From a virus, in the IMG/VR virus record IMGVR_UViG_3300043436_001870, positions 49,165-113,164 of that record: a DNA stretch of 64,000 nt, one strand, 5' to 3'. The notes under the pieces are model-generated. The model ran no database searches and was not told the origin of the DNA. It was given only the letters and a program-made list of their open reading frames with translations. The translations under genes and the position numbers were made by a program. Every line of letters starts with the position of its first letter. The first letter of the stretch is position 1. Shown here piece by piece: positions 1-12,300 of this stretch.

Positions 1-1
1 A

Positions 2-166
2 AAACACGGTCTTCAAGATAAAATTGAGGACGTATTCAAAGAAATTCATCGGTCCAATATGAGTAAACTGGGTGCAGATGGTAGACCCATCTACAGAGAG
101 GATGGTAAAATACTCAAGGGTCCCGGTTATACAAGACCAGACATTGCTTCAATAATCAATAAATAA
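2..166 (+). CDS. MazG-like / PRA-PH-like nucleoside triphosphate pyrophosphohydrolase, C-terminal fragment (5' truncated by window)
   Basis: Frame 2 reads KHGLQDKIEDVFKEIHRSNMSKLGADGRPIYREDGKILKGPGYTRPDIASIINK*. The HxSNMSK...REDGK(I/V)LKGP signature is typical of this family. Not in the supplied ORF track. Confidence 0.85.
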   Translation, partial: KHGLQDKIEDVFKEIHRSNMSKLGADGRPIYREDGKILKGPGYTRPDIASIINK

Positions 167-173
167 ATAAAAC

Positions 174-416
174 ATGGAAGCTTCAAGACCAATGACATTT
201 GGTGAAATGTTGGTGGGCATTACATTTAACCCATCACAGGATGATAAAGTAGCAAAAGCAAAACAGCTCTGTGCTGAATTAGCTGATCTACTTAATGATC
301 ATAATGAAAGCAGAGGAGAGAAGTCTCAAGATTCTCAAAGACTGTTCTCCCATGCAGTAGGAGAAATCCTTAATGCTCAAATGAATGTAGTTAAGGTTCT
401 TACTTACAAGTACTAA
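174..416 (+). CDS. Small helical-hairpin protein, possible Acb2/Tad1-like nucleotide-signal sponge
   Basis: 80 aa with GE..VGITFNPS.DDKV.K.K...A.L.D and a C-terminal helix (EILNAQMNVVKVLT). Resembles, from memory, small phage proteins grouped with Acb2/Tad1. A-rich start context. Confidence 0.5.
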   Translation: MEASRPMTFGEMLVGITFNPSQDDKVAKAKQLCAELADLLNDHNESRGEKSQDSQRLFSHAVGEILNAQMNVVKVLTYKY

Positions 417-463
417 GTAGTCGGTCTCCCACACTCTGTAAGACTCTTAGATAAATTAAGGGG

Positions 464-500
464 AAAGAGAACCCCGGTGTAATTGCCGGGGTTTTTCTTT
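464..500. terminator. Bidirectional intrinsic terminator between convergent modules
   Basis: aaagagaaCCCCGGtg-taat-tgCCGGGGtttttcttt: GC stem flanked by A-rich and T-rich tracts, at the point where the plus and minus gene sets converge. Confidence 0.85.
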
Positions 501-640
501 TATCCTTGTCCTCTGTTCAGTTTCTTGTAAAGCTTACTAGACTTCAGCTTACTGAACTTGGTTTTTGCCTGCACTCCAGGACGTTTTTTTTTACTTCCTT
601 TTGGTGCATAGTTGTTTTTTGATGTTACTGTCTTTGCCAT
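500..640 (-). CDS. Small very basic protein (46 aa, RGQG C-terminus)
   Basis: MAKTVTSKNNYAPKGSKKKRPGVQAKTKFSKLKSSKLYKKLNRGQG*. ATG 4 nt after the stop of the 1906-aa gene and stop at the terminator. Below the ORF-track cutoff. Confidence 0.8.
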   Translation of the reverse strand: MAKTVTSKNNYAPKGSKKKRPGVQAKTKFSKLKSSKLYKKLNRGQG

Positions 641-644
641 TCTA

Positions 645-3600
645 TTATCTCCAATTTTGTGCTTTTACAAAGTTAGTTACTGCCATTGCAGGATCCAAAG
701 ATTTACCTGTTGCTCCAAATGATCTAGCTAAATATGTTAAGGGTTTATACCCTTCAATCGGATTATCAGTGCCTCCTTCCTGCATCCATACATATGGTCC
801 TTCACGTTGATCAAAGTAGGCCTTTGAATCATCAGTACCAAAAAGACTATGCATAGCACTTGTAGTTAAGCCTCCTATGATTTTCCCATAGTTGTCAAAT
901 GTATTGTGCATTGCAACTGAGTCAAACTTTAACATCTCTAGATAGTTACCACCAGTTAACCATTGTTGTTGTTCATTTTTTAAACCCATAGCCATCATCA
1001 ATGCATGGTTAGATAACCAACCCATAAACTTAAAATCTGTTTCAGTTTCTGATGTGCCTATGAATGGTAATGGTCCAGACTTCTTACGGAGTTTTTCAAA
1101 CTTATCTGGATCATCATAATCAAATCCAAATATCATTGATATTGATAATACAAGTAATGCTAAGCTTCCTACATCAACTAGTGATTTAATCACAGCAATT
1201 TTTTCAGAATCTGTTCTAGATCTATAGTAGTCACTACCTTGTCTGATACTTCTTACAAGAAGTCTTAATGACTCAACGTGGTAACCCATTACTGTATCTC
1301 CTACTGCTGCATCAAATCTATATTGAGGATCTCTCCATGAACCTCTAAACTGGAATCGATTTAAGAACATTCTTACAAACCATCTCTTGAATGCAATGAT
1401 CCATTTGAATAGTAAGTATCTATCAGCATCAGCATAGTCAAACTTAGCAAATGAACCGGCCAGGTTATTTGTTACACCCTGTACCTTATTCTTAAATGCT
1501 TTGAATTTTTCTCCACCAACTCCCCATTCAGGATCTACTCCTTCTTTAATTCTTATCTGACCATCTACAGTTTCCCATGCATCCATGTAGGGAATTCTTT
1601 CTGTTCTACCATTTACAGTTCTTTCTACGGTTTGATGATACATCATGGCACCAAAGATTGAAACTGTTGAGTTTAATTCTGTCCATTTTCTAAAGCTAGT
1701 CATCCAACTCAAACCACCAAGGGCATCCTGTGCAAAGGATCTTGACATCTGCTCACCAAACTTTTCCTCAAATCTTCCCTGATATGCATCAAAGACCATG
1801 ATCAATTGTTCATTATGAGTCTTTGGTTTACCTGTATATAAGTTCATGCTGAGATCCATTGCTGCATTTGTTGCCCACAATTGACCTTTACCATAGTTAG
1901 CAGTATTAAAGTATCTACCTCCTGCTGCTTCAATCATAGATTGAATTCTTAATGAGAAGTCATTCTTTAATGCTGATGGAATGTCTAATGCAAAATAACC
2001 AAAAGCAGAATACTTCATGATCTGCTGTGCTGTTTTTGTTACCCATCTTGCATCATTATCATTACCAAGAGCACCCTTTGCCATCACACCTTCAAATTCT
2101 CTTTCAATAAAGTTGTCTATAGCTCTTTGTCTTACTGATTTATCCTTCTGTTCCTGTTGCCAAAGAGCCTTCTGTTTAATATTATTAGCAATGTTTCTTG
2201 CTTTTATTTGGCTATTAGATATACCTTTCTGAATGTTTACATAGTTAGATGGATCATGTAGTACAGACTGTAAAGCTCGGGCCATTGGATTCATCTCAAT
2301 CAGAGCTCTTTGTTTTTCAGCTGACAACATATATCTAAGCATACCTCCTACAACATCCAATGATACATCACTTACACCTAAGTCGGACAAACCATGAATA
2401 GGAATACCTGCATACTGATCATCATATAAATCTCCATCCATAATCATTGATTGCTCTTCATAATTGAAGCCACGATCAAAGTCATCTGATGAACCTTTAA
2501 ATAAATTTCTGACATTCCTCCACCATCCAGATATAGGATTTTCTGGTTTCTTATCTGCATTTAGGAAGTTCAGATTTCTTTCATAGTTACTAGTCATGAA
2601 TCTTGGAATGTCCAAGAATAATTTAGATTGACTAGGACTTCCCTCTTGAAATCTTAAATGATATTTAGAGAGAGCAAGAATAGCATCATAAAGAGGCTTA
2701 TCATTCTTCTTAATATCAAAGAACTGTTGATTGATGAATCTATTATCAGGAGCATCAAGACGTGGTAAGTGTCTACCATAATTATCTACAGTAGCCAATG
2801 TAGGATCACCTTGTTCTAATGCCTCAAGCATTGTTACTTCCTTTACAATATACTCATCCTTTACAATACGTTTGGTATACTGCTGTGAAGGAACACCAAG
2901 AACTGTTTCAGTTTCACCCTTAGAATTAGTAAATGTAAATGTCTCATAGTGTTTAGCATTGCTAGGTCTTGTGACATTCCATGCTCTTACTCTTGAGATC
3001 TTTGTTGTAGGTGCCCCTGTTTTATCTCGGGTCTGCTTCATTGTATGGTTTTCATCAAACCATGCCTTTACTTCAGGATATTTTGAGATAACTGTGTTAT
3101 AGAATGTTGGATCAAGAATTTTATCTGCATTATCTGGAGTAATATCCTTAGAACCAATTGTATCTATAAGAGTTTTAATAGGAATAAGACTAAATATTGA
3201 ATTGGCTGTATCAAGATAATAAACTGTAGGAACAGACTGTCTCAATTCTGAGAGCTCGTTGTATAGTTCCATGATTCTTTGCTTGTCTGCCTTTGACAAA
3301 CCATACAAGGATCTCTTATCCATAAGACTACTAAATCTTGAAGACTCAAATTGATCTAGTCCTCTTGTAGATTTGATTTCAAATAAATCATTTAATTCCT
3401 GCTGCTCTAATTTAGTGAGACCGGTGATACCTATAAGAGCATCCTTAGCCTTTTCAATCTTCTCCTCAACAGCTTTAATTGCAGCAATGTTGTTTACACT
3501 CATTGCTGTACCATCTGGCTGCATATCCTCATCTCTATAAGGATTAAGGAGCTGTCTCATTTCTTCATACAACTCATCAATCTTAATAGTAGCAGCAACA

Positions 3601-6365
3601 GTTGCAGGGAGTTTAGCTTTGATAGCATTGATCTCATCCACTATTCTCTGCTGTTCTTGGTAGTAACTTTCCTTCAGTTGAATTCTTGTATTCTTTGCTA
3701 TCCACTGAAGTCTGAGTTTATCCTTTACTTGTTGAGGATAGTTCTTTCTGCTAAGCTCATCCTCATATCTTGTAAGGGCATCTGTAAACAAGGTAGGCAT
3801 GACCTCTGATGTATAGAAGTCCTTTGAGGCTTCTCTAAACTCTCTCAGTCTCTGTGCTATTGCAATTTCCTCAGGGCTCTTTAGTTGACCGGCTGCATTA
3901 AAATTTGAATGCATTAGTCTATACTCCTTCCATAATACATCAAGACCTTCAGTTACGGCCTTGTTTTCTTCCTCACTGTTTCTATCTACAGTAGTACTAA
4001 GGTTTTGAATTCTAGCAAGCAAATCTTTTCTTCTTGCCTCAGCTATAGGACCAACTGTATCATTATCATCCTTCTTAAATATTTTATATCTTTCATAATA
4101 CTCTTTTACAAAAGGAGTATGAAAGTATGTTCTCATGAAAATATCCTTCTCTAACTTGAGACGGATTGCTTCTGAGTCATCACCTGTTTGCTGAGCTTTT
4201 AATACGGCATCTTCAATGTCTTTGTCCATCTTAGCTGTTGCAGCTCTATAATCCTTGTAAGGATTGATGATGGTTCTCACTTCTTTGTCACTTGTAGTGC
4301 CACTTGCATCTCTTGCTGGTCTGCGATCAACAAATGTAATCTTTGCACCAAATGCTGCTGGATTGCTTTGATTGTATCCTGCTCTATCAAGTATTGGTTT
4401 TACATCACTAATAAAAGCATTACCTCTACTCTGTGCAGTAGTCATGACATCAGTTACTCTGTTCTTTACCCACATTGCAAATCCAAATACAATTGGATCC
4501 TGGTTATAAATGTAACCTTCCAAGAATGAATTTAAAGCACTGGCATCACCAATGTTACCCTGCATCAAATAATCAATTTTCTCTTCAGAGAGATATGCTC
4601 CTTTCTTAAAGGAGATTCTCTTAAGCTTCTCATAGTTCTCAGCAGCTACACCAGTAAGCTTTTCTCCTTTTTCAATTCTTTCTTTAAATGACAAGAATGC
4701 TTTTAGCTGATCTGGTTCAAGACCCCAGTAATCTTTCATACGGAGAAGTCTAGTTTGTTCAGATAAACCAAGTTTGTCTATATCTTGCATCAACTTCTTG
4801 TACTTATCATCAATGTACTGCTGCATTGGTTTCAACTGAGTTTTAATTAACTCACTTGTACCATTGAAATATACCTTTCTTGTAGAGATCTTAGCTGTAT
4901 CTATCTGACCCTTGATATTCTCTACCAATTCAAAAATAGGATTCTCTGCCTCAATGTATCCATCTTGTTGAGCCTGTGCAAGAGTTTCCTTGAAATTATC
5001 AATGAAATTTTCCCATCCATTAAGAACATCATTGAAGTAGAATACAGTAGCAATATTATCCTTAGAATTTGGATCCTTTACAAGCCCAGTAATAGCACGG
5101 TTCATTTTAGTAGCCATACTTAATAGTCTGTCCAAACTCTGAACAAATGCTGTAGTGTGACTTTGTGCAGTACGTATCTCCTGCATTATTTTGTCAATCT
5201 CCTGGGTTATAAAAGTAGTTGCATCCTGAAATGGTGTAAGGTTTCTTTTAATTTCCTCAAGGTCATTTCTATTATACTTATCTTTGATAATCTCAGCAGC
5301 AGCTGCATAGTCCTTGTTCTTTTGAATAAGACCTAAGTACTTATTCATTACAACATACATCTCATTAGTAGACTCAATGAGTGCATTCTTTGGTAAGTTA
5401 TCTAACCCCTGTATTACTTCTTGTAGGTCAGTATAGTATTTGACTACATCTTCTTCAGACACAGCATCTAGATCAAGAATAAACTTGTCTAGAACAAGCA
5501 TGTCTGCTAGTTGATCTAATGTGGTGTCTACACTTAACTTCTCAATGGTAATCTTTTCCTCCTTGCCAAAAATCTTTCTTAAGATTTGGCGGATTGCATA
5601 TAGAATATCAGAGATGAACTTATTAAAGGCACTGTCTTTCTTCTCTACTGCAGCTTCAGTAAGAGCCATTACTAATAGCTCTTCCATAATAACAGGATCG
5701 TCCTCTGCTAATTCAGGGTAAGCTTGTTTAGCTGCCTCAAGAAGTTTTGGACCCATTGATGTCTGAAGTACCTGGCTAACCAGTTTATCAAACAATGGTT
5801 TATTAGATAACTGAATTGCTCTAATTACAGGGTGAGCAAACTCGTGGAATGCAGTCTTCTCTGTAATCAAATTAGGAATTACATATACTCTCCCCTGAAA
5901 GAAGAATGCTGGCTGACCTTTCCATGGATTGGCAGAACCTGCTGTAATTTCTGCAGCTGTCTCTGCTGTAATAACATCATAAGGAATACTTGTACTCTGA
6001 CTTAAAGCAAAAAGAAACTGAGTCATTCTTGCTGTTACCTTAAGACTACCCTGTGACTTTGCATCAAGAGTAATAGGATTAACAATTGTACTGTATGCTG
6101 GATCTGTATTTATTGATGTTTGAAATCCATTATACATAGCACCAAGTGGTACATTCTTTAATCCCGGAGCATGAATTGCTAATGTCTCAAGCATGTCATT
6201 AAACTGCTCAATTGTAGGAATCTCTATATCCTCACCAGCTTGTTTGTTCTGGTTAATTGTAAGATATGCACGTTTTACTTCCTGCTCTGCTATTTCAGCA
6301 AGACCAATTGATTTAGCATATTCAATAAGGGGATCAAGCACCCCAGGCATAGGACAAGCTACCAT
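645..6365 (-). CDS. Large virion cargo/ejection protein (1906 aa) with N-terminal zincin-like domain
   Basis: HEFAH at 5832-5846 followed by MEELL. Mostly helical, with a hydrophobic stretch (VGSLALLVLSISMIFGF) near the C-terminus. Adjacent to the virion RNAP gene. Confidence 0.8.
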   Translation of the reverse strand: MVACPMPGVLDPLIEYAKSIGLAEIAEQEVKRAYLTINQNKQAGEDIEIPTIEQFNDMLETLAIHAPGLKNVPLGAMYNGFQTSINTDPAYSTIVNPITLDAKSQGSLKVTARMTQFLFALSQSTSIPYDVITAETAAEITAGSANPWKGQPAFFFQGRVYVIPNLITEKTAFHEFAHPVIRAIQLSNKPLFDKLVSQVLQTSMGPKLLEAAKQAYPELAEDDPVIMEELLVMALTEAAVEKKDSAFNKFISDILYAIRQILRKIFGKEEKITIEKLSVDTTLDQLADMLVLDKFILDLDAVSEEDVVKYYTDLQEVIQGLDNLPKNALIESTNEMYVVMNKYLGLIQKNKDYAAAAEIIKDKYNRNDLEEIKRNLTPFQDATTFITQEIDKIMQEIRTAQSHTTAFVQSLDRLLSMATKMNRAITGLVKDPNSKDNIATVFYFNDVLNGWENFIDNFKETLAQAQQDGYIEAENPIFELVENIKGQIDTAKISTRKVYFNGTSELIKTQLKPMQQYIDDKYKKLMQDIDKLGLSEQTRLLRMKDYWGLEPDQLKAFLSFKERIEKGEKLTGVAAENYEKLKRISFKKGAYLSEEKIDYLMQGNIGDASALNSFLEGYIYNQDPIVFGFAMWVKNRVTDVMTTAQSRGNAFISDVKPILDRAGYNQSNPAAFGAKITFVDRRPARDASGTTSDKEVRTIINPYKDYRAATAKMDKDIEDAVLKAQQTGDDSEAIRLKLEKDIFMRTYFHTPFVKEYYERYKIFKKDDNDTVGPIAEARRKDLLARIQNLSTTVDRNSEEENKAVTEGLDVLWKEYRLMHSNFNAAGQLKSPEEIAIAQRLREFREASKDFYTSEVMPTLFTDALTRYEDELSRKNYPQQVKDKLRLQWIAKNTRIQLKESYYQEQQRIVDEINAIKAKLPATVAATIKIDELYEEMRQLLNPYRDEDMQPDGTAMSVNNIAAIKAVEEKIEKAKDALIGITGLTKLEQQELNDLFEIKSTRGLDQFESSRFSSLMDKRSLYGLSKADKQRIMELYNELSELRQSVPTVYYLDTANSIFSLIPIKTLIDTIGSKDITPDNADKILDPTFYNTVISKYPEVKAWFDENHTMKQTRDKTGAPTTKISRVRAWNVTRPSNAKHYETFTFTNSKGETETVLGVPSQQYTKRIVKDEYIVKEVTMLEALEQGDPTLATVDNYGRHLPRLDAPDNRFINQQFFDIKKNDKPLYDAILALSKYHLRFQEGSPSQSKLFLDIPRFMTSNYERNLNFLNADKKPENPISGWWRNVRNLFKGSSDDFDRGFNYEEQSMIMDGDLYDDQYAGIPIHGLSDLGVSDVSLDVVGGMLRYMLSAEKQRALIEMNPMARALQSVLHDPSNYVNIQKGISNSQIKARNIANNIKQKALWQQEQKDKSVRQRAIDNFIEREFEGVMAKGALGNDNDARWVTKTAQQIMKYSAFGYFALDIPSALKNDFSLRIQSMIEAAGGRYFNTANYGKGQLWATNAAMDLSMNLYTGKPKTHNEQLIMVFDAYQGRFEEKFGEQMSRSFAQDALGGLSWMTSFRKWTELNSTVSIFGAMMYHQTVERTVNGRTERIPYMDAWETVDGQIRIKEGVDPEWGVGGEKFKAFKNKVQGVTNNLAGSFAKFDYADADRYLLFKWIIAFKRWFVRMFLNRFQFRGSWRDPQYRFDAAVGDTVMGYHVESLRLLVRSIRQGSDYYRSRTDSEKIAVIKSLVDVGSLALLVLSISMIFGFDYDDPDKFEKLRKKSGPLPFIGTSETETDFKFMGWLSNHALMMAMGLKNEQQQWLTGGNYLEMLKFDSVAMHNTFDNYGKIIGGLTTSAMHSLFGTDDSKAYFDQREGPYVWMQEGGTDNPIEGYKPLTYLARSFGATGKSLDPAMAVTNFVKAQNWR

Positions 6366-9300
6366 TTACTTAAAGCATTTATTATTAAACTCAGCAATTT
6401 CTTCATCTGTTACAGGAGCACCATATTGTACAACAATACGTCCTTCACCAAAAGTCAAGTAGTGAGGATTGATATATCCAAACTTCTCAAATAATTGTTG
6501 TGAAAGATACAAAAAGGTTTGGACACCTATGGTTGTTTTATCAGCATACTGTGCATCAGCAGCTGCCGGGAAGTATTCATTGTAACCAATGAGGTACTGA
6601 CCATATCCATTAGAATCAAATGCAAGGTTGACACCAGATTCTTTCTTCTCCATAAGAGCAGCAATGTCTTCATCAATCATTGCTTTGTTCTCTTTAAGAG
6701 TAGCATCTGTCCATGCAGCCTTAGCATTGAAGTCCTTGATCTTACCTTCCTTAGCTTGAGAGACACGTGGTAATGATTTAGTTCTTATACCCAAAGAATT
6801 GTCACCCATAGCTCTGTAAACAACATTAGTACCAGCTGTATCTCTACTTTGTGTTGATGCTTCATTCCTCACAAATATTGTATTAGGATAGTCAACACTT
6901 AGCTGTATAGCATTCTGATCTGTTAGTTTATCAAACTGATTAACTACCTTTTTGGTTTTTTCATCTGTGCTTGTAAGGAGGTTGAATGTAAGTACACCTG
7001 TAGATGTATCCTGCAGCAATTCAAACAAAGTTAAAGTCTGAATATCACCAACTCTTTTCTTATTTGTAGACTTACTGATTTTACCAGCAACTACTTTTTT
7101 AGAACCAAAGTCACCGTTCCATTCAATGTTTTGACCCCCCGATTGACCATTTCTATTTAGAGCATAAGCAATGTTTGTCGCTCTAGATAAAGCTACATAC
7201 TTTAATTGGTTTTTTTCTTCTAGGGAAACAGGTGCCTCAATAATTGACTCTGTATCTACAAACACATTTGTATATGTTGATCCTTGTGACTTATGAATAG
7301 TATGAGCATAGCCATAGTCTATTGACTTTTTAAGAACTACTCTACCTTTTTTATCCGTAACGTCAAATGGAGTCATTATAGAATCTTTCAATCCACTGTA
7401 TATTGCAAATGCTTGATTTGCTCTTAGCTCTCCTGATTCAACCTGAGCATCTAAAGATTTTTGATATTCAACCAGTTTCTGAGCAAGAAGATTAATAATT
7501 TCTTGAGAGGTGCTTCTACTTAATACAAACTTCTCATATATATCACCATCACCATCTATTTCTTGTAGTTGTATTGTATATCCAGTTAGTTCAAGACCTC
7601 CTAGACCATTAAATGTCATTTTATTTTCTGCTTGAACGGATAGTACTTCATAATCAACAGAGTTATTTATTTGAAATGTTCCACCTTTTTTATAGCCTAC
7701 ATTTTCATATGCCATAATAATGTCACCTATAACATATTCTAGAATCTTAGACGTATCTACTTCTTTATCAAACCAGATTTTGTTTCTTACAACCTGGTTA
7801 AAATCCTCTACCCTTTCATTAGAATGTGACAATATTCTTACAAAGTTTCTATTGTTCTTAAAGTTTTCAGACTTAAAAGCAGCAATAGCTTGTCTTGTGA
7901 AATCAACTCCAGTCTTTGTTGTAACAATGCCTTGATTACCAGAAAGTTCTGTTTTAGCATCTATAGCTGATGTATCCTTTTTCTGATTATTACGAATGTC
8001 TTCAAGTATAGGACCTAATGGATTTGATCCAGCTTGTCTTTCTACTTTAGTCAGTTCATACTTATAGGGATGATCAAATGCTTTAGATCTCTTAGAGGTA
8101 GTCTTATCTTCCTCTACAGGATTAAGCTGTGCAGGATCTCCAATGAATAAGATCTTTGTTTTACCTTCTCCAGCATAATCAGACAGAGCATCAAATAACT
8201 CATCACCTACAAGTGAAGCCTCATCTACAATTACTACATCAGGTTTATAAAGAGATTCTTTTTGTACAGTTAACTTAATTTTACGAAGGTCTGTCTTAGT
8301 AAGCTTAGATGAGCTACCAAGACCTAGAAGCTTCTGTAATGTCACAGCTCCTGTCTTTGCTAGTTTGGCAATTACCTTCTTAGCTTTATGAGTAGGTGCT
8401 GTTACATTAATAGAGAGACCTCTTTGTCTCATGTACTCAAGGGCAATCTTTGTGATACTTGATTTACCTGTACCAGCATAACCCATCAGAGTAAATACAT
8501 CCTGGTTAGGATTATCAATGAAGTCAGCAATCTGCTGCAATGCTTCAAGCTGTTGATCATTAGGTGTAAATGGTATATCAAGCTTATCAAGATTTAGATT
8601 AATACCATTTATTGTAACAATACGACCAGGAGTCTCTTCCTCTGTTTCAAGTGGTGTTTCTAATTCAGATACAGTGTCATCTGTAATTCTAACAATATCT
8701 GAAGGTATTCCCTCAGGATTAAATGCGTAGTTCTTAAGCTTGTTACTTACATTCTTATTGTCAATTCTATACTGATTATTAAACAATGATGTATACTCAT
8801 CAAGAACAGTATTAGGTCTAGCCTTTAGATCAGTAAGAAACTTATCATAGGATGACTTAAGAAGACCATAGAACATATCATTAGGAACAGCTCTGATTAA
8901 GCTGAACGCAGATGTAGTATCAATACCTGTCTGAAGTAATGCATATAAACCAAATCTTGCAAATACCTTTGAGATTCTTTCATTCTCAATTGGATCTTCT
9001 ACCTTAATTACATTAGGGTCAGCTAGTTCTTCAATCTGCTGAGTATATAGATCAAGTTCTTCAGGTGTAGGTCTGTCACCAGTAAACTTAAGGTTGTTAA
9101 TAGTAACCTCTTGTTTCTTACCATCATTGGTTACAAATGATGATCCTCCTGTACTAATCTCAAGTCTATCAAGAACCTCATACTTGTCTAAAAGTGATGG
9201 GTTCTCCTTACCAATTTCAAGTACTTGCTTAGCATAAGATCTACCACCAAAGAACATGTGTCCATGGTAGTTGAGATTATCCAAAGCCATATCTCTTAGA

Positions 9301-12300
9301 GTAGCCTCATAAGCTTTAAATGCTGGCTTTGAATCATTCTTGAATGTATTTAGATGCGTCTTATAGATAGATGAGTTCTTTAAGTTTTCTGGACTATTCT
9401 TCTCAAAAGATCTTAGGACTTCTCTTTCATATACAAACTTAGTATAGAGAGCCTCAGCTGTCTTAGCATCATACAATGCAAATACAGATGACTCCACAGG
9501 TGCTACCTCGTTCTCCCACATAGAATCTTTAGAATACAATTCCTGTTGGAAAGTTGTAAGGATATCAGACTTACTTGCATACAAGATACCATTTTTTACT
9601 CTTGCTCCGGCACGAAGATATGTGACACCTTCAATAGGAACTTGTACTTCAAATCCTCTGTATACACCTTGTGTCTGATTGAATCTATAGTAATTAGATT
9701 GGAATACATAGTTAATCAAATCACTTCTGAATCTTTCAATGTACTCATCAGCATCAAGACCAGTCATCTTCTTATATGCAGATATAGGAGGCATACCCGA
9801 GATATCCTTATCAGTAAGGGATGCTATTTTTCTATTTACCTCCTTGCTATCTCTTAATGGGAATAGGTCACTGAATAAATCAAGGATGAAGTCTTGAATC
9901 TTGTAGGCAGACACCGGTGAATTTTCAATGATGTTCTGAATAGACTCGGGCTCAATACCATTAGCAAGGTCATCAATCTTAGCTAGTCTTAATCTAGCAT
10001 CAAGAAGTGTCTCTGTCTTAGTACGGTCAAAGTTCAAGTTCTGAGTAAGCTGAGTAATCTGTGAAGACATCTCACTTATTTCAAGGAAGTGAAGGAATAC
10101 AGAACGGTCATAATTATCAAAATCATTTGACTTATTAAGACGGCCTGCTAGGTCTGCTTTCTTAAACTCACCTATACCTTCTACAAGTCTATCAATTTCT
10201 TCAAAAACAAGTCTCTTACTAGGCTTCTTGTTCTTATACTTGGAGGTAGAATCCTTATCAGACTTCTCTTGGAAATCTGCTACAAGCCAGTTAAAGCCAT
10301 ACTTATTATCACCCTTATCAGCAAATAGTATACGGTCTCTTGCCTCATTTCTAAAGAAGTTACCTACATCACCATAGCCAATAGCTCTAGAGTACTGACT
10401 CTTAAACTTACGTTGCTCCTTAACAAAGTCACGTATGATTGGTTGAGACAAGAAGTATACGGCATCCTCAACAGGTACACCTGCCATGGTCATAAAGAGA
10501 AGACTGTTAATCAGCTCCTTGTTACCCTGAACATCAAAGATCCATGCTTTCTTAGCCACGTCAACAGAACCGTTGATCAATTGGCTGATAATGTCTGAGA
10601 TCTTGTTTAACTGTTCGGCATCATAATTTGCTGATAATGTTATACTATCACCTATCTTGTTGTGTGCAAACTTCAGTCTTTGTGGGTGCTCTACCGAACC
10701 TCTTTGAGTCTGAGTAATAATACGATTCTTTGTAAGAACCAAACCTGATCTACCAAAGATTGATTGAAATGTATTTACAACTGCAATGATACCTAGTACA
10801 TCCTTCCCTACGTTGTTTGACTGATGCTTATATAGGTTTCTTCCTACCTCAAATATTTCAGAAAGTCCTTTAGCCTTCTGTGTGCCTGCTCCTTTAGTTT
10901 CTTTAGCAATAGTCTCACCCAACGGTTCCATAGTGTCCGTTGTATTAGGTGTAATAAGACTGCTGAAGTTAAATGGATCAAGAAGAATATCCTTGATTAC
11001 ACCTAGAAGTTGGTTTTCAAGACCGGCCTTATCATCACCAAAGTTCATTACTGCAGAGGTCTTGTCTTCATAGTAAGTATCAATAGCTCTAAGTATATCT
11101 TTCTCCTCTTCTGTAAGAGTAGAGATGTCTAGATCTTCACCTAGTTGAACTAATTCTTTTATTTCATTGACTATAGCAGCATCAATTCCAAAACCAAGAA
11201 TATCAGATATTAAAGCATAGTCTTCCTCATTAACCTCTCTCTTTGTTTTGATGGTTGGGAAGAAGGTAAACATCTTATCAATGTCAAAGTCACCACCAGA
11301 CTTAGCAACAATCTCTGCAGGAAGAATAACAATGTTACCTGACTCCTCTGGAAGGAATTCAAACACCTCCATGACCTCCATAGAGTTTAGACCTTGAACT
11401 GGGATACGTACAGCAGCAGTTGTTACCATTGCTCTGTTGTCCCCTTGGTTCAACCACCACTCCTGCTTTATAAGATGATTTAATGCATCCAGTCTAGTTA
11501 CTCCATTCTCATTAGAGTATTTTACTACATCAGCATGATTTAGTAAGTTCTTAAATGGACCTTGTAAGGATATCTTGATCTTCATTGCTGATACAGATAT
11601 CACATTACCTTTCTTATCTAATTTAGGATTATAGAATGGTAGACCATTTGTACCACCATATCTTCCTATTTCTTCTTCTGTAGCTGTTCTTAATCTACCT
11701 TGTTCAAATCCTACTCCAGATACTTGTACTAATGATTCACCAGTTAATTTCTGATTAAGTATTCTCTTCTGAGCAATGTTTACAAGAGCTCTTTCAATTA
11801 CATCTGCTGATGGAGATAAGTCTAGATCTCTTAACAGAGTATCTGTAGCTTCATCTACACCTAAGAAGTCTACCTCATGCTCAGACAGTTTCTTACCTGG
11901 GCCAGACAATTCACTCTTAATGAATTCAATCAGACTTTTCTTAGTAGAACCTACCTGATCTCTGATTTTCTGTTTCTCAATCTCTACAAGACTGTCTAGA
12001 ATCTTTTCAAATCTAGATGCATATCTAGCAAACTTTGTAGAAAGCTTATCATTCTCAGCATTCCAGAGTCTGTATCTTTCATTCTTGTCTGCTATATTTG
12101 GTTTGTAATCTACAGGAACCTTATTTTCAAATAGACCCTGCTCAATTAATTTACGTAGCTGAGAAGAGAATGTAACTTTCTTTTTGTAATACTCAGCTAC
12201 TTCTAACTGATCCTTGAAGTAATCAAGGAAAACAGTATTCTTTGTAAACTGATAAGTTGGTGCATCAAATGCATAACCCTCAGTTGTTCTTTGATTATCA

